The notes below the pieces were generated by a model. The model saw only the letters and a program-made list of their open reading frames with translations, ran no database searches and had not been told where the DNA came from. A DNA stretch of 19,106 bases from Octopus sinensis (taxonomy: Eukaryota): positions 1 to 19,106 of the forward strand of contig NW_021825489.1 in NCBI RefSeq assembly GCF_006345805.1, given 5' to 3'. The position numbers and the translations under genes are program-made. Of the stretch, positions 8,990 to 19,106 are shown piece after piece (the first letter of the stretch is position 1; each line of letters begins with the position of its first letter).

Positions 8990-9290
8990 GTGTGTGTATG
9001 CCTATATTACACATTTATATATATATATACATACATACATATATATATATATAATATATATATATATATACATGTACATACGTATATACATGTACATACG
9101 TATATACAACGTACTTATATATATAGTCTGTATAATATATATATACACACGATCCTTGTGCGCATAGAGTGTGTACATAAAAGAACATTTGCATAATTAC
9201 TATTTCGTGCAACACACACAAATATATATACTGAGAATATAATAGATAATATATGTATATATCTATATATATTATATATATATATAAATT

Positions 9291-9324
<34 letters not shown>

Positions 9325-9425
9325 ATTATATATATATATGTATGTATTTATGTATATGTGTGTGTACGTATGTATGTATGATGTATGTATGTATGTATTT
9401 ATGTATGCATATATGCATGCATGCC
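8990..9425. repeat. Compound (TA)n/(TGTA)n microsatellite region
   Basis: Direct reading; interrupted by short unique stretches. Confidence 0.85.
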
Positions 9426-9719
9426 TTCATATATCAGTGAAGGAAAGAAATACACAGGGAGTAAGTGATTTCTTATGTATAATAATGTATTTATTATATA
9501 ATATACATAAAATATTAATGAATATATATTATTTAATTCTATCATACCTGTACATACCTGCGCACGGTCTAACATACATATTCTCTCACATACCCAAATA
9601 TAGGATTCATCAGTATATAACTATATACACAGTCATATACAACAAATGAAAATAGAACAGAAATAGATCTGTTCATTCATTTTCCCTTTTCATTCCCATA
9701 ATTTTCCATATTTATACCT

Positions 9720-9915
9720 ACACATACAGATGTATGTATGTATGTATGTATGTATGGATGTATGTAGTATGTATGTATGTATGTATGTGTATATATCTAT
9801 ATATATATATATATATATATATAAATACGTGTATATTATACGTAATATATCTGTACATGTATATGTATGTACATATTTGTGTGTGTGAGTGTGCGTGTAT
9901 GTGTTTGTGTGTATG
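9720..9915. repeat. (TGTA)n/(TA)n/(TG)n microsatellite
   Basis: Direct reading. Confidence 0.9.
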
Positions 9916-9979
9916 TATAAAGATAGAGAGACAGAAACATAGAAACATAGAACGAGATAGGGGGGATGAGAATAATTCG

Positions 9980-10323
<344 letters not shown>

Positions 10324-10324
<1 letters not shown>

Positions 10325-11140
10325 TGTTTCTTTATTAGCCACACAGGGCTGCACACAGATAGAACAAATTACAAGGTAGAGCTTTTCTTTTGAAGGTATT
10401 AAAAAAAAAAAAAATAAAAAAAATAAAATTAAAAAAAAGGGAAGGGGGAGGTTCGATCAAAAGGGATCGTAAAAGGAGAGAAAGAGGACGAAAATAAGGG
10501 GGGTTAAAAAAAAAAAAAAGGGGGGGAGAGGAAAAAAAAATGATCAATAGGGATCGTTATCACAGAAATGTCAATAGAAGTGTAAAGTGGAGGACAGGAC
10601 AGTGAGGTTTACCCGTGGAAAGAAAGCCTGCGGAAAAGACCACGGTAACCTCGGTCAATGAAGTCACATTTTATATTTCTTTTTTTTTTTTTTTTTTTTT
10701 TTTTGCAAATAAGCAACTCTCTGTTTTCGATTTCTGGGTCATAGGACTATGCTCAAGGTGGCTTCGTCATTCATACGTGCCATTCTGGCTACATTCACCC
10801 ATCTTTTTTTAAAACATTCGCTAGACAAAACTTGCCTCTCTACTCTCACTTTCCTTTTCAAGTGGTACTTGAAGAAGTTGATGAGAGATTGACCAGAGAG
10901 GAAAGTGTTGTCTCCAATCCTTTCAGACGCGTCACCAGATACATTCTTTCGCCATGCCACAAGGATGATGAAAATAGCTCTTCCTTCCCGTTTGAAGGAA
11001 GGAGGCGTGACAATATTGACGATAGACTCAGCTGATAAACCGACTCGTCCCACACGTGACAGCAGTTGTTCGACATAAGCCCACAGGTCGGAAATTGTTG
11101 GACACTGAACGAGTGCGTGCAGAACGGTTTCGTCGCTCGC
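10324..11140 (-). mobile_element. 5'-truncated Tx1/L1-clade LINE: ORF2 C-terminus (stop ~10739) and ~415-nt 3' UTR
   Basis: SDETVLHALVQCPTISDLWAYVEQ (ETxxHxxxxC...W, distal half of the L1/Tx1 zinc knuckle), a reconstructed AKECIW-TR motif, KRWVNV...SIVL*, then a UTR with homopolymer runs and AATAAA before the (TATC)n tail. Confidence 0.8.
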
Positions 11141-11368
11141 ATATGTGAATGTATGTAAATACATAAACATATATTTGTATATATAAACGTATATATATAT
11201 AATTATATATATATGTATGTATTTGTATGTGTGTGTATGTATATGTGTATTTACATGCAAACATATGTATATATATGAACGGTGATGCTCAAGCATAGCC
11301 GCAGTCTTTGGACTGAAAAATAATACACACACACACGCACACATACACACACACACACACCACACACA

Positions 11369-11406
<38 letters not shown>

Positions 11407-11522
11407 ACACAAACACACACAAACACACACACAAACACATATACATGGACATATACGTGCATGCACGCACAGATATACACAAGTATGTATGTGAATGTGT
11501 GTGTGAGTGTGTGTGTGTGTGT
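11141..11522. repeat. Compound (TA)n/(CA)n/(TG)n microsatellites
   Basis: Direct reading. Confidence 0.9.
11281..11324 (+). mobile_element. Decayed solo SINE/LINE 3'-tail fragment (tail family of 191-250 and 18178-18244)
   Basis: ggtgatgctcaagcatagccgcagtctttggactgaaa resembles ggcggtgctccagcatggccgcagtcaaatgactgaaa. Confidence 0.5.
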
Positions 11523-11837
11523 TAGAATTCATTGGCTAGTGATTCATTTTCCTCTCATTCAGAGTCTAACACACACAGGCACACAGGCTTTATATGCCAA
11601 ACAATAAATGGATTATATGATATCAAGTATACGTCTCCCGTTTAAACTCCGAGTTAATATGTGTGAGCCACCAACTGATTCCCAATAAATATATAGGCCC
11701 TACCATTTATCATGTGCTCTTTCTCTGTCGATGTTAAACACATAAATGTGAATCTATGTACATAATATATACATACATACATACATGCACATACCATCAT
11801 TTGTCGTTCACTATGAAAGAATCCATCATATATATTT

Positions 11838-12242
11838 TTGTGTGTGAGTGTGTATGTGTATACATATATATATATATATATATACATACATAGATACAGA
11901 TATATGTATAAATGTAAATATTTATATGTATTTCTATGTATTCTACATATATCATATAACATATTTACATACATATATGTGAATATATATACATATGTAT
12001 ATTATATATATATTATATATAATATATATGTATGTAAATATATATATATGTATATATATATATGTGTATATTATGTATATATATATATATATATTCATAT
12101 ATATATATACATTCATATATATATATATATATATGAATATTTATACGTATGCATATATATATATATAAATATATTCGAATATGCATATATATATATATAT
12201 GCAAACGCACATGTGCTTATGCGTATATAGCATACATACTGA

Positions 12243-12315
<73 letters not shown>

Positions 12316-12318
12316 GTG
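11838..12318. repeat. Long (TA)n-rich compound microsatellite ending in (TG)n
   Basis: Direct reading. Confidence 0.92.
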
Positions 12319-12504
12319 TTGTTTAGATTGACAAGACATATTGCTGTCTGAAACATTAATTTCTACATCGTCAGTGGCAATAATGTTCAATAATATATCT
12401 TGCGGCTGATGTTTTCGACACAGCTGAGATGATAATAAATTGTCTGCAGAAATTAACGGAATCTCTGCTAAGCACCTAGCAGCCTTAACACCCACACTGA
12501 CAGT

Positions 12505-12534
12505 AGCAACCACCGCCACAACAACAACAACATC

Positions 12535-12586
<52 letters not shown>

Positions 12587-12805
12587 ACATCATCATCATC
12601 ATCAACAATCACAACTTCATCATCAACAATATTAACAACAACAGCGTAAGCTTCTACAAAATAGTCCAAGAAATGCAACAACAACAACAGCAACTGAAAG
12701 AACGTAAATAACGCCATTTGCACCAGAACGACAACAATAGCAACAACAGCAGCAGCAGCAGCAATAGCAGCAGTATCAGAAGCTCCATCTACATCCACAA
12801 CAATA
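12505..12805. repeat. (CAT)n plus cryptic CAA/CAG trinucleotide tract
   Basis: Pure (CAT)n about 12537-12583 flanked by CAA/CAG-rich decay; the Gln/His frame is broken by stops. Confidence 0.9.
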
Positions 12806-12821
12806 AATTTCGTGATAAGAA

Positions 12822-13637
12822 TATTCTTTTCCACTATAGGCACAAGACCCGAAATTTTGGGGGTGGGGCCAGTCGATTAGATCGACCTCAGTACGTAACT
12901 GGTACTTAATTTATCGACTCCGAAAGGATGAAGGCGAAGCCGATCTCGGTGTAATTTGAACTCAGAACGTTAAGACAGACGAAATACCTATTTTTACTAC
13001 CCACAAGGGGCTAAACACAGAGGGGACAAACAATAACAGACAAACGGATAAAGTCGATTACATCGACACCAGTGCGTAACTGGTACTTATTTTAATCGAC
13101 CCCGAAAGGATGAAAGGCAAAGTCGACCTCGGCGGATTTTGAACTCAGAACGTAACGCAGACGAAATACGGCTACGCATTTCGCCCAGCCTGCTAACGTT
13201 TCTGCTAGTTCGCTGCATTTCAAGCAATAATTATTCTTTTCTACTCTAAGCATAAGGCCCGAAATTTTTGGGGAGGGAACCAGTCGATTGGATCGATCCC
13301 AATACGCAACTGGTACTTAATTTATCGATCCCGAAAGGATAAAAGGTAAAGTCGACCTCGGTGCAATTTGATCTCAGAACGTTGACAGACGAAATGCCGC
13401 TATGCATTTCGCCCGGCGTGCTAATGTTTCTTCTTTCTTTATTGCCCTCAAGGGGCTAAACATAGAACGGACAAACAAGGACGGACAAACGGATTAAGTC
13501 GATTACATCGACCCCAGTGCGTTACTGGTACTTAAGTTATCGACCCCGAAAGGATGAAAGGCAAAGTCGACCTCGGCGGAATTCGAAATACGGCTACGCA
13601 TTTCGCCCAGCGTGCTAACAATTCTGCCAGCTCGCCA
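12822..13637 (-). mobile_element. Head-to-tail array of four units of the SINE family at 5077 (A 13637-13432, B 13431-13232, C 13216-12989, D 12988-12822)
   Basis: Each unit has gtcgactttgcctttcatcctttcggggtcgataaattaagtaccag or a close variant. A and C end in tail 1 (...tgtttagccccttg.ggg...taaa); B and D end in tail 2 (...cccc.aaaatttcggg.ctt.tgc.ta.agt.gaaaagaata). A has an internal deletion of about 24 nt. Confidence 0.92.
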
Positions 13638-13644
13638 CATAAAA

Positions 13645-14540
13645 TAACAATACAGCAACAACAATGACATCAATAACAACAACAACAACAGCAGCAGCAA
13701 CAGCCACAACAGCAATAACAACAACAACTGTAATAAAAGCTGTAAAAGCAACAATAACTACCACAGCAACAGCTGCATCAGTGATAACAATAACTAGCAG
13801 CACCTGTAAAAATAACAACAACAACACAAGCAGCAACAGCAACTACAAAAACAACAACAACAGCAGCAGCAGCAGCAATGGCAACAGCAACAACTGTAGT
13901 AAAAGACATGAATGCCAACAATGATAGTAATTACCGCAAAGACTAGAATGAAACTGACAAGACAAGTTATATCAATATCGGCACCGTCTACGTCAGCGAC
14001 GAGAACGACTGCTGTAGTACCAAAGATTGAAACAAATAAAAGAAAACTTACAATAATAACAACAACGACAACAACATTAGGAAGAAGTATTACGCCCAGC
14101 AGCAACAACAATAACAACAACGACGGGAAAACAATGGAAAAGGAAAATTATATCCAGAACAGCGACATAAACAACAGCGATGAAGGCAACAACTAGAGCG
14201 GTGAGGAGAAACGGTGTAGTAATAAAAACAAAAAAAAATCAGCAAAAGCGAGAAAAACAGCAACAAAAACAACACCAATAACAACAACAACAACAACAAC
14301 AACAATAACAGCAACAGCAATTTCAATGACAGCATAAGCAATACAAATGCTACTAATAGCAGTAAATATAATAATGATAACACACTAACAAGCAAAACCT
14401 GAACAACAACAACAGCAACAACAACATGTAGAGCGGCAGTGACGGCAATGGCGGCAGTGGCAGCAGCACCATCGGCACCATCAGCAACAGCTGCAGCAGC
14501 AGCAGCAGCAGATGAGGCAACAACAGCAACAAGTAGCAAC
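13645..14540. repeat. Cryptic (CAA/CAG/AAT) trinucleotide low-complexity tract, ~900 bp
   Basis: Persistent 3-nt periodicity with stops or frame breaks in all frames. Confidence 0.85.
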
Positions 14541-14644
14541 GTTAAGCATCATCAAGATATAATTTATGGCTGAATGACAAATTGCATATGTGAAAACAAC
14601 AGCAATGGCTGTGTGCACATATACAAGATGTTATACACGATACA

Positions 14645-14724
14645 CATGCACATACACACACAAACGCGCACACACATACATATATATATATACATATATG
14701 AATATATTATATATATTATATATA

Positions 14725-14776
<52 letters not shown>
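14645..14776. repeat. (CA)n/(TA)n microsatellite
   Basis: Direct reading. Confidence 0.9.
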
Positions 14777-14778
<2 letters not shown>

Positions 14779-15037
14779 CGGGACAGAACGAGACACAGTA
14801 ATAAGCGTTCAAAAATTCATTCATATAACGCATAATAATAACCACAGGAATAATTTGATGAACAGCTATAGAGACGGACAAATCTAGATACATAAATAAA
14901 TACCACCAAAGTAAGCACAAAAATGTGAAACGAGGTGGGAAAAAATAGAACTCGAATAACTGTGGTTGAGTAAGTAATATGTTTATTATTATTAAAGCAG
15001 CAAAAACAGGTTTAAGTAGATAAATAGTTAAACAAAC

Positions 15038-15261
<224 letters not shown>

Positions 15262-15360
15262 GATACTCTATAGGAACCCCGAACTCACACACAAACATAC
15301 GAGTGTGTGTATATATATATATCAAATGAAGTAAATGAAAAACAGGACACAAAGGATTTT

Positions 15361-15453
15361 GCGGTACATATGTTTCGAGCTTTATTGAACAACTTATTCT
15401 TATATCAATGCATAATTGATATAACAGATAGATCAAAAGCCTTCTTCAGCCGC
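15361..15453 (-). ncRNA. Type-I hammerhead ribozyme, PLE-type minimal stem III with extended stem II
   Basis: Minus: GCGG-CTGAAGA-A-GGCTTT...[inner hairpin TTATATCAAT/ATTGATATAA]...AAAGCTC-GAAA-C-ATAT-G-TA-CCGC. Stem I GCGG/CCGC, intact core, palindromic ACATATGT stem III, GUA cleavage triplet (cut between 15365 and 15364). Confidence 0.75.
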
Positions 15454-15594
15454 GTACAATTGCCACACCAAAGACTTGTATCACATTATAACAGGTTTGG
15501 AGAAAAAACCGAGTTTCATTGGGAAACTAAATCCTATAGGCGTACATGGTATTGCTAAACTCCAACACATACATATGTATATACGAGAGGTATA

Positions 15595-15697
15595 TGCGAG
15601 GGAATGCTGAAAAGTTCCTGGCTTTAAGAGTATCGGGAAAGGCCTGGATGGAGATCCTCCCTTGTGAAGTTTTTTCAGGGGTTAGAAAAACTAAAAG
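15595..15697 (+). mobile_element. Truncated mariner-type TIR end / MITE fragment
   Basis: tgcgagggaatgctgaaaagttcctggcttt resembles mariner termini (TA-CGAGGG....AAAAGT, from recall), followed by GGGTTAGAAAAACTAAAAGAA (GLEKLKE, like a mariner transposase C-terminus). No second TIR found. Confidence 0.55.
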
Positions 15698-15739
15698 AAT
15701 TTATATATATGTACATTTAGATTTCTATATTTGTGTGCA

Positions 15740-15748
15740 TGTGCACGC

Positions 15749-15815
<67 letters not shown>

Positions 15816-15834
15816 TGGGTGTGTGTGTGTGTGT
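15740..15834. repeat. (GT)n microsatellite
   Basis: Direct reading. Confidence 0.95.
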
Positions 15835-16135
15835 CTCTATGTGTTCTTGAGATTTTACATATATATATACTTGTTAGTTGTAACAGAGGACAGAAAACGT
15901 TAAGGCAAGACAAACATCTCAAGTCACATACATTATTATTATTGGGAAAAGATTCAAAGTCTTACAGCTGTTTCTGGGATACCCTAGAGTATGGGATAGT
16001 CTGTCATCGGAGACAAATAGGGAAAATGAGAAGGGTATAGATTAATGAAATGACAACATAAAGGACAGGAGTAAAGGAATAAGGAGATGAAGAGAAGAAA
16101 AAGGAAGCATAAAAGTTCATAGTTCAACTTTCCGA

Positions 16136-16442
16136 TCACTGGTGCCAAGCTGTATGGGCCTTTGCCTTTCCCCTGGATAACATCAGTGAACATTTCGATC
16201 TTGTAGAAATAAGTCCATAAGTTCTTTCCCTTGGATAACATCAGTGGACTTTTCCGATCTTGTAGAAATAAGTCCATAAGTCCTTAGGTGCAATCCTCTG
16301 TAAATCTATGTAGGTTAAAGTCTTACATGGATTTAAGCAGGATTACACATAAGGACTTATGGACTTACTTCTACAAGATCGGAAAAGTCCACTGATGTTA
16401 TCCAAGGGAAAGGCAAAGGCCCATACAGCTTGGCACCAGTGA
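16136..16442. repeat. Long fold-back inverted repeat with an internal 58-bp tandem duplication in the left arm
   Basis: The reverse complement of 16350-16442 matches 16136-16165 (30/30) joined to 16224-16286 (62/63). 16166-16223 is a diverged tandem copy of 16224-16282. The 63-nt centre also pairs, down to a 7-nt loop (16315-16321). Confidence 0.95.
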
Positions 16443-16591
16443 CGACGCAACTCATTTCTACAACTGGGTGAACTGGAGCAATATAAAATATTGTATCTTA
16501 GTGAAGAACACAACACACAGCGCAGATCGGGGATCGAACTCATAACCTTATAATTGTGAGCCCGTTGCTCTAACCACTGAGCCATGTGCAC
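16388..16591 (-). mobile_element. tRNA-headed SINE (family of 3463-3775), 3'-truncated at the hairpin
   Basis: Minus GTGCACATGGCTCAGTGGTTAGAGC...GAGTTCGATCCCCG (A and B boxes), then ...gtagaaatgagttgcgtcgtcactggtgccaagctgtatgggcctttgcctttcccttggataacatcagtgg. Confidence 0.85.
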
Positions 16592-16680
16592 TTACACAAA
16601 CTCCTGCGCGAGTTCGCGTGCACGCAAACACACACACACACACACACATACACACACACGAACATACACACACACACACA

Positions 16681-16836
16681 CGACGGTAGTTTACATTGCT
16701 TTCACCTAAGAAACTCACCCACAAGACATTGGCCAGTCACGGCTATCGTAACAGCCACTTGCCCTGTCTTCCACGTGTTGTGCAACTGAACCTTAAACAA
16801 TGTGGCTGCGAAGCGAACCCTTTAACCATGAAACCA
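16681..16836 (-). mobile_element. Decayed copy of the CORE-like SINE at 17841 (5' part), followed by (TG)n
   Basis: Minus ...gccacattgtttaaggttcagttgc...cgtggaagacagggcaagtggctgttacgatagcc...ccaatgtcttgtgggtgagttt...ccgtcgtgtgtg aligns loosely with 17860-18005. Confidence 0.6.
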
Positions 16837-16881
16837 TTGGAACCATTTCTTCATCTATATGTATGTGTGTATATATATATA

Positions 16882-16909
<28 letters not shown>

Positions 16910-16913
<4 letters not shown>

Positions 16914-17779
16914 ATATGTTAATAAAATAGAACATATGCCTATATAAAACATAGATGTACGTACCTACCTCTACATGTACATATACACGCATATATGTGT
17001 ACAGGACACCAAAAAAGACGTCGAACACATAGAGAGACGAAAAACATAGACACAAACCAAGGAACAGACAAGCAAAAAAAGAGATACAGGACAATAAGCA
17101 CAACGAAAAATCCCCTTCTTCATCGCTAGGTTTCATCTACTAAACGTTCGAAGGATAAAGCGAGACGTATACTTCGAAGAAAACTTCCTTCTTGCGAAAG
17201 GCACATCACATTAAAAATCTGAGATCTTTTCGCAGAGGGGTAAAAAAGCAAGACGGTAACGACAGTACAAACATATAAACAGTAAAAAATATATATATAA
17301 ACATTGGAAAAATAATATATAACAGTGAGAGAGGACAAGGAGAACAAGATAAGAAGGGCTGTTAACGCCAGACGAAAAAGTATTGCAAACGCTGGGTTAT
17401 GTGGAACGACGAGAGAGAAAAAATGTCGACCAGTAGCCTTAGAACGGGGGCGAAGAAAAGACAGGATAGCAGTTACGACGGAAAGTATGTCGCAGAGGAC
17501 GACGGGAATGGGGAGGAGAGCAAGAGGAAGAGAGAGGAGAAAGGGAATGGTGCGAGGAGAGACATGAAGAATGTGTGTGAAAGGGAGAGAGAGAATGAAG
17601 AATGAGAGAGAGAGGAAGAGACAAGTTAAGGAGGGAAAAAAGACGAAAAAGGGAATGGGAGAGAAAGAAAGAAAGATGCAGCGTCGTGAGAGTTAATATC
17701 AAGGCTAATTGATAAACAGAACAATCTACTAATAGGGTGCGTGCGTTTAGTCGTATAATATGTTAATAAAATAGAACAT
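16910..17779. repeat. ~870-bp purine-rich segment bounded by a 26-bp identical direct repeat
   Basis: tataatatgttaataaaatagaacat at 16910-16935 and 17754-17779. Confidence 0.6.
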
Positions 17780-17840
17780 GCTATATATATAACATATATT
17801 GTGTGTGTGTGTGTGTGTGTTGTGTGTTTGTGTGTGTATA

Positions 17841-18244
17841 GGCGTAGGAGTGGTTGTGTGGTAAGTAGCTTGTTTACGAACCACGTGGTTCTGGGTTCTG
17901 TCCCACTGCGTGGCACCTTCGGCAGTTGTCTTCTACTATAGCCTCGGACCGACCAAAGCCTTGTGAGGGGATTTGTAAGACAGAAACTGAAAGAAGCCCG
18001 TCGTTTATATGTATATAAATATGTATGCGTGTTTGTGTGTCTGTGTTTGTCCCCCCAACATCACTTGACAACTGATGCTGGTGTGTTTACTTTCCCGTAT
18101 CTTAGCGGTTCAGCAAAAAAGACCGATAGAATAAGTACTAGGCTTACAAAGTATAACTCCTGGGGTCGATTTGCTCGAGTAAGGGCGGTACTCCAGCATG
18201 GCCACAGTTAAATAATTGAAACAAGTAAAAGAGTAAAAAGAGTA
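17841..18244 (+). mobile_element. Full-length tRNA-headed CORE-like SINE with internal TA/TG microsatellite
   Basis: ggcgtaggagtggttgtgtggtaag (A box), ggttctgtccc (B-box-like), ggcaccttcggcagttgtcttctactatagcctcgg (CORE-like, from recall), tail ggcggtactccagcatggccacag...tgaaacaagtaaaagagtaaaaagagta. Confidence 0.88.
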
Positions 18245-18278
18245 TATATATATATATATATATTATAGATATATATAT

Positions 18279-18310
<32 letters not shown>

Positions 18311-18490
18311 GTATAAATGTATGTATTAGGGCTTGGCCAAAGGCAACATATTCGTTACAACTATATATATTGTTTTCTCAGTCTTTAGCACCAGCCACAC
18401 CCAACCTTATTACAGAGTTTATATATATATATGTATATATGTATGTGTGTATGTGTGTATGTGTATGCATGTAAGTATGTGTGTGTGAAC
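18244..18490. repeat. (TA)n and (TGTA/TG)n microsatellites separated by a short unique stretch
   Basis: Direct reading. Confidence 0.8.
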
Positions 18491-18854
18491 ATAACAAAAC
18501 AAAGCAAAAGAAGAGAAAATTAATATCACAAGTTAAAAATCTTACTTATCTGTAGAGAAAAATTCATCTCCAAACTAAAAACAAACAGTGATAAACAGAG
18601 TTAAGACGACTATATCAATATCAGAGATATAATTAAATCTAATTTTCCAGCTATTATTAAGAGCCGATGGCCAAACATTGTTCGCTTAAATCGAACAATT
18701 TATCACATTCATACTAATTTCAGATTAATATCCAATAAAAATGTCCATTGAGAACTAATACAAGTTTCTAGATTAGTTCGGAAATGTCTTTCATATTCTA
18801 CTTATTAATTAGTCGGTTCTCTTCTAATCAGATGCGTAAAACATCTTAAGACAA

Positions 18855-19095
18855 AAACACACTTTCACATACACACATACAGGTTCGTACTCACACACTC
18901 CCACACATACAGACACACAGAACGATATATTCGTTCACATGCGTATACACATAAACACAAATACGGACACACACGGGCACATATGTATATTCATATATGT
19001 ATATATTATATATATAGTATTATATATATATATATATATATATATACATTTTACATACGCATATCTGTATTGTACATACATGCATATTTATATTT
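18855..19095. repeat. (CA)n-like and (TA)n microsatellite region
   Basis: Direct reading. Confidence 0.8.
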
Positions 19096-19106
19096 TGCAT
19101 CTTCCT

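Noticed and set aside
12345-12378. Minus-strand CTGACGA-TGTA-GAAA
   Set aside because: No pairing for stems I-III.
12217-12843. 208-aa minus ORF with poly-Asp
   Set aside because: It is the antisense of (CAT)n and CAA/CAG tracts and ends in a (CA)n-derived HT repeat.
12822-13637. CRISPR-like or satellite array
   Set aside because: Units are ~170-230-bp SINE copies without unique spacers, and the context is eukaryotic.
17105-17150. Permuted hammerhead-like remnant on minus (CCTTCGAAC...GTA...TGAAGAAGGGG)
   Set aside because: Two core bases are missing and no stem I can form.
17325-17702. Lys/Arg/Glu-rich ORFs and their antisense counterparts
   Set aside because: They result from purine-rich low complexity; no splice or homology support.

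Overview
Eukaryotic, AT-rich, microsatellite-saturated non-coding DNA. The SINE families and the (TA)n/(TACA)n/(GATA)n/(CA)n load look like an Octopus-type coleoid cephalopod genome (inference from recall, not a database hit). No complete host gene is supported; almost every ORF in the supplied track is a microsatellite artefact. Supported content: two decayed Penelope-like element (PLE) remnants (GIY-YIG/thumb part on minus at ~440-1320; RT on plus at ~5815-7130); a 5'-truncated restriction-like-endonuclease LINE (R4/Dong-like) between TACA tracts with a candidate 16-bp TSD; a 3' fragment of a Tx1/L1-clade LINE ending in (TATC)n; at least four tRNA-headed SINE families; and a truncated mariner end. 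Most notable: (i) two minimal type-I hammerhead ribozyme motifs on the minus strand (15361-15453, near intact; 7758-7796, degenerate and inside a 251-bp inverted-repeat-bounded unit); (ii) a ~307-bp near-continuous fold-back hairpin (16136-16442) built partly from a SINE; (iii) a SINE whose 43-nt 3' tail is 79% identical to the 3' end of the Tx1-like LINE in the same window, suggesting a SINE-LINE partner pair. One weak candidate terminal exon lies at 8048-8260.
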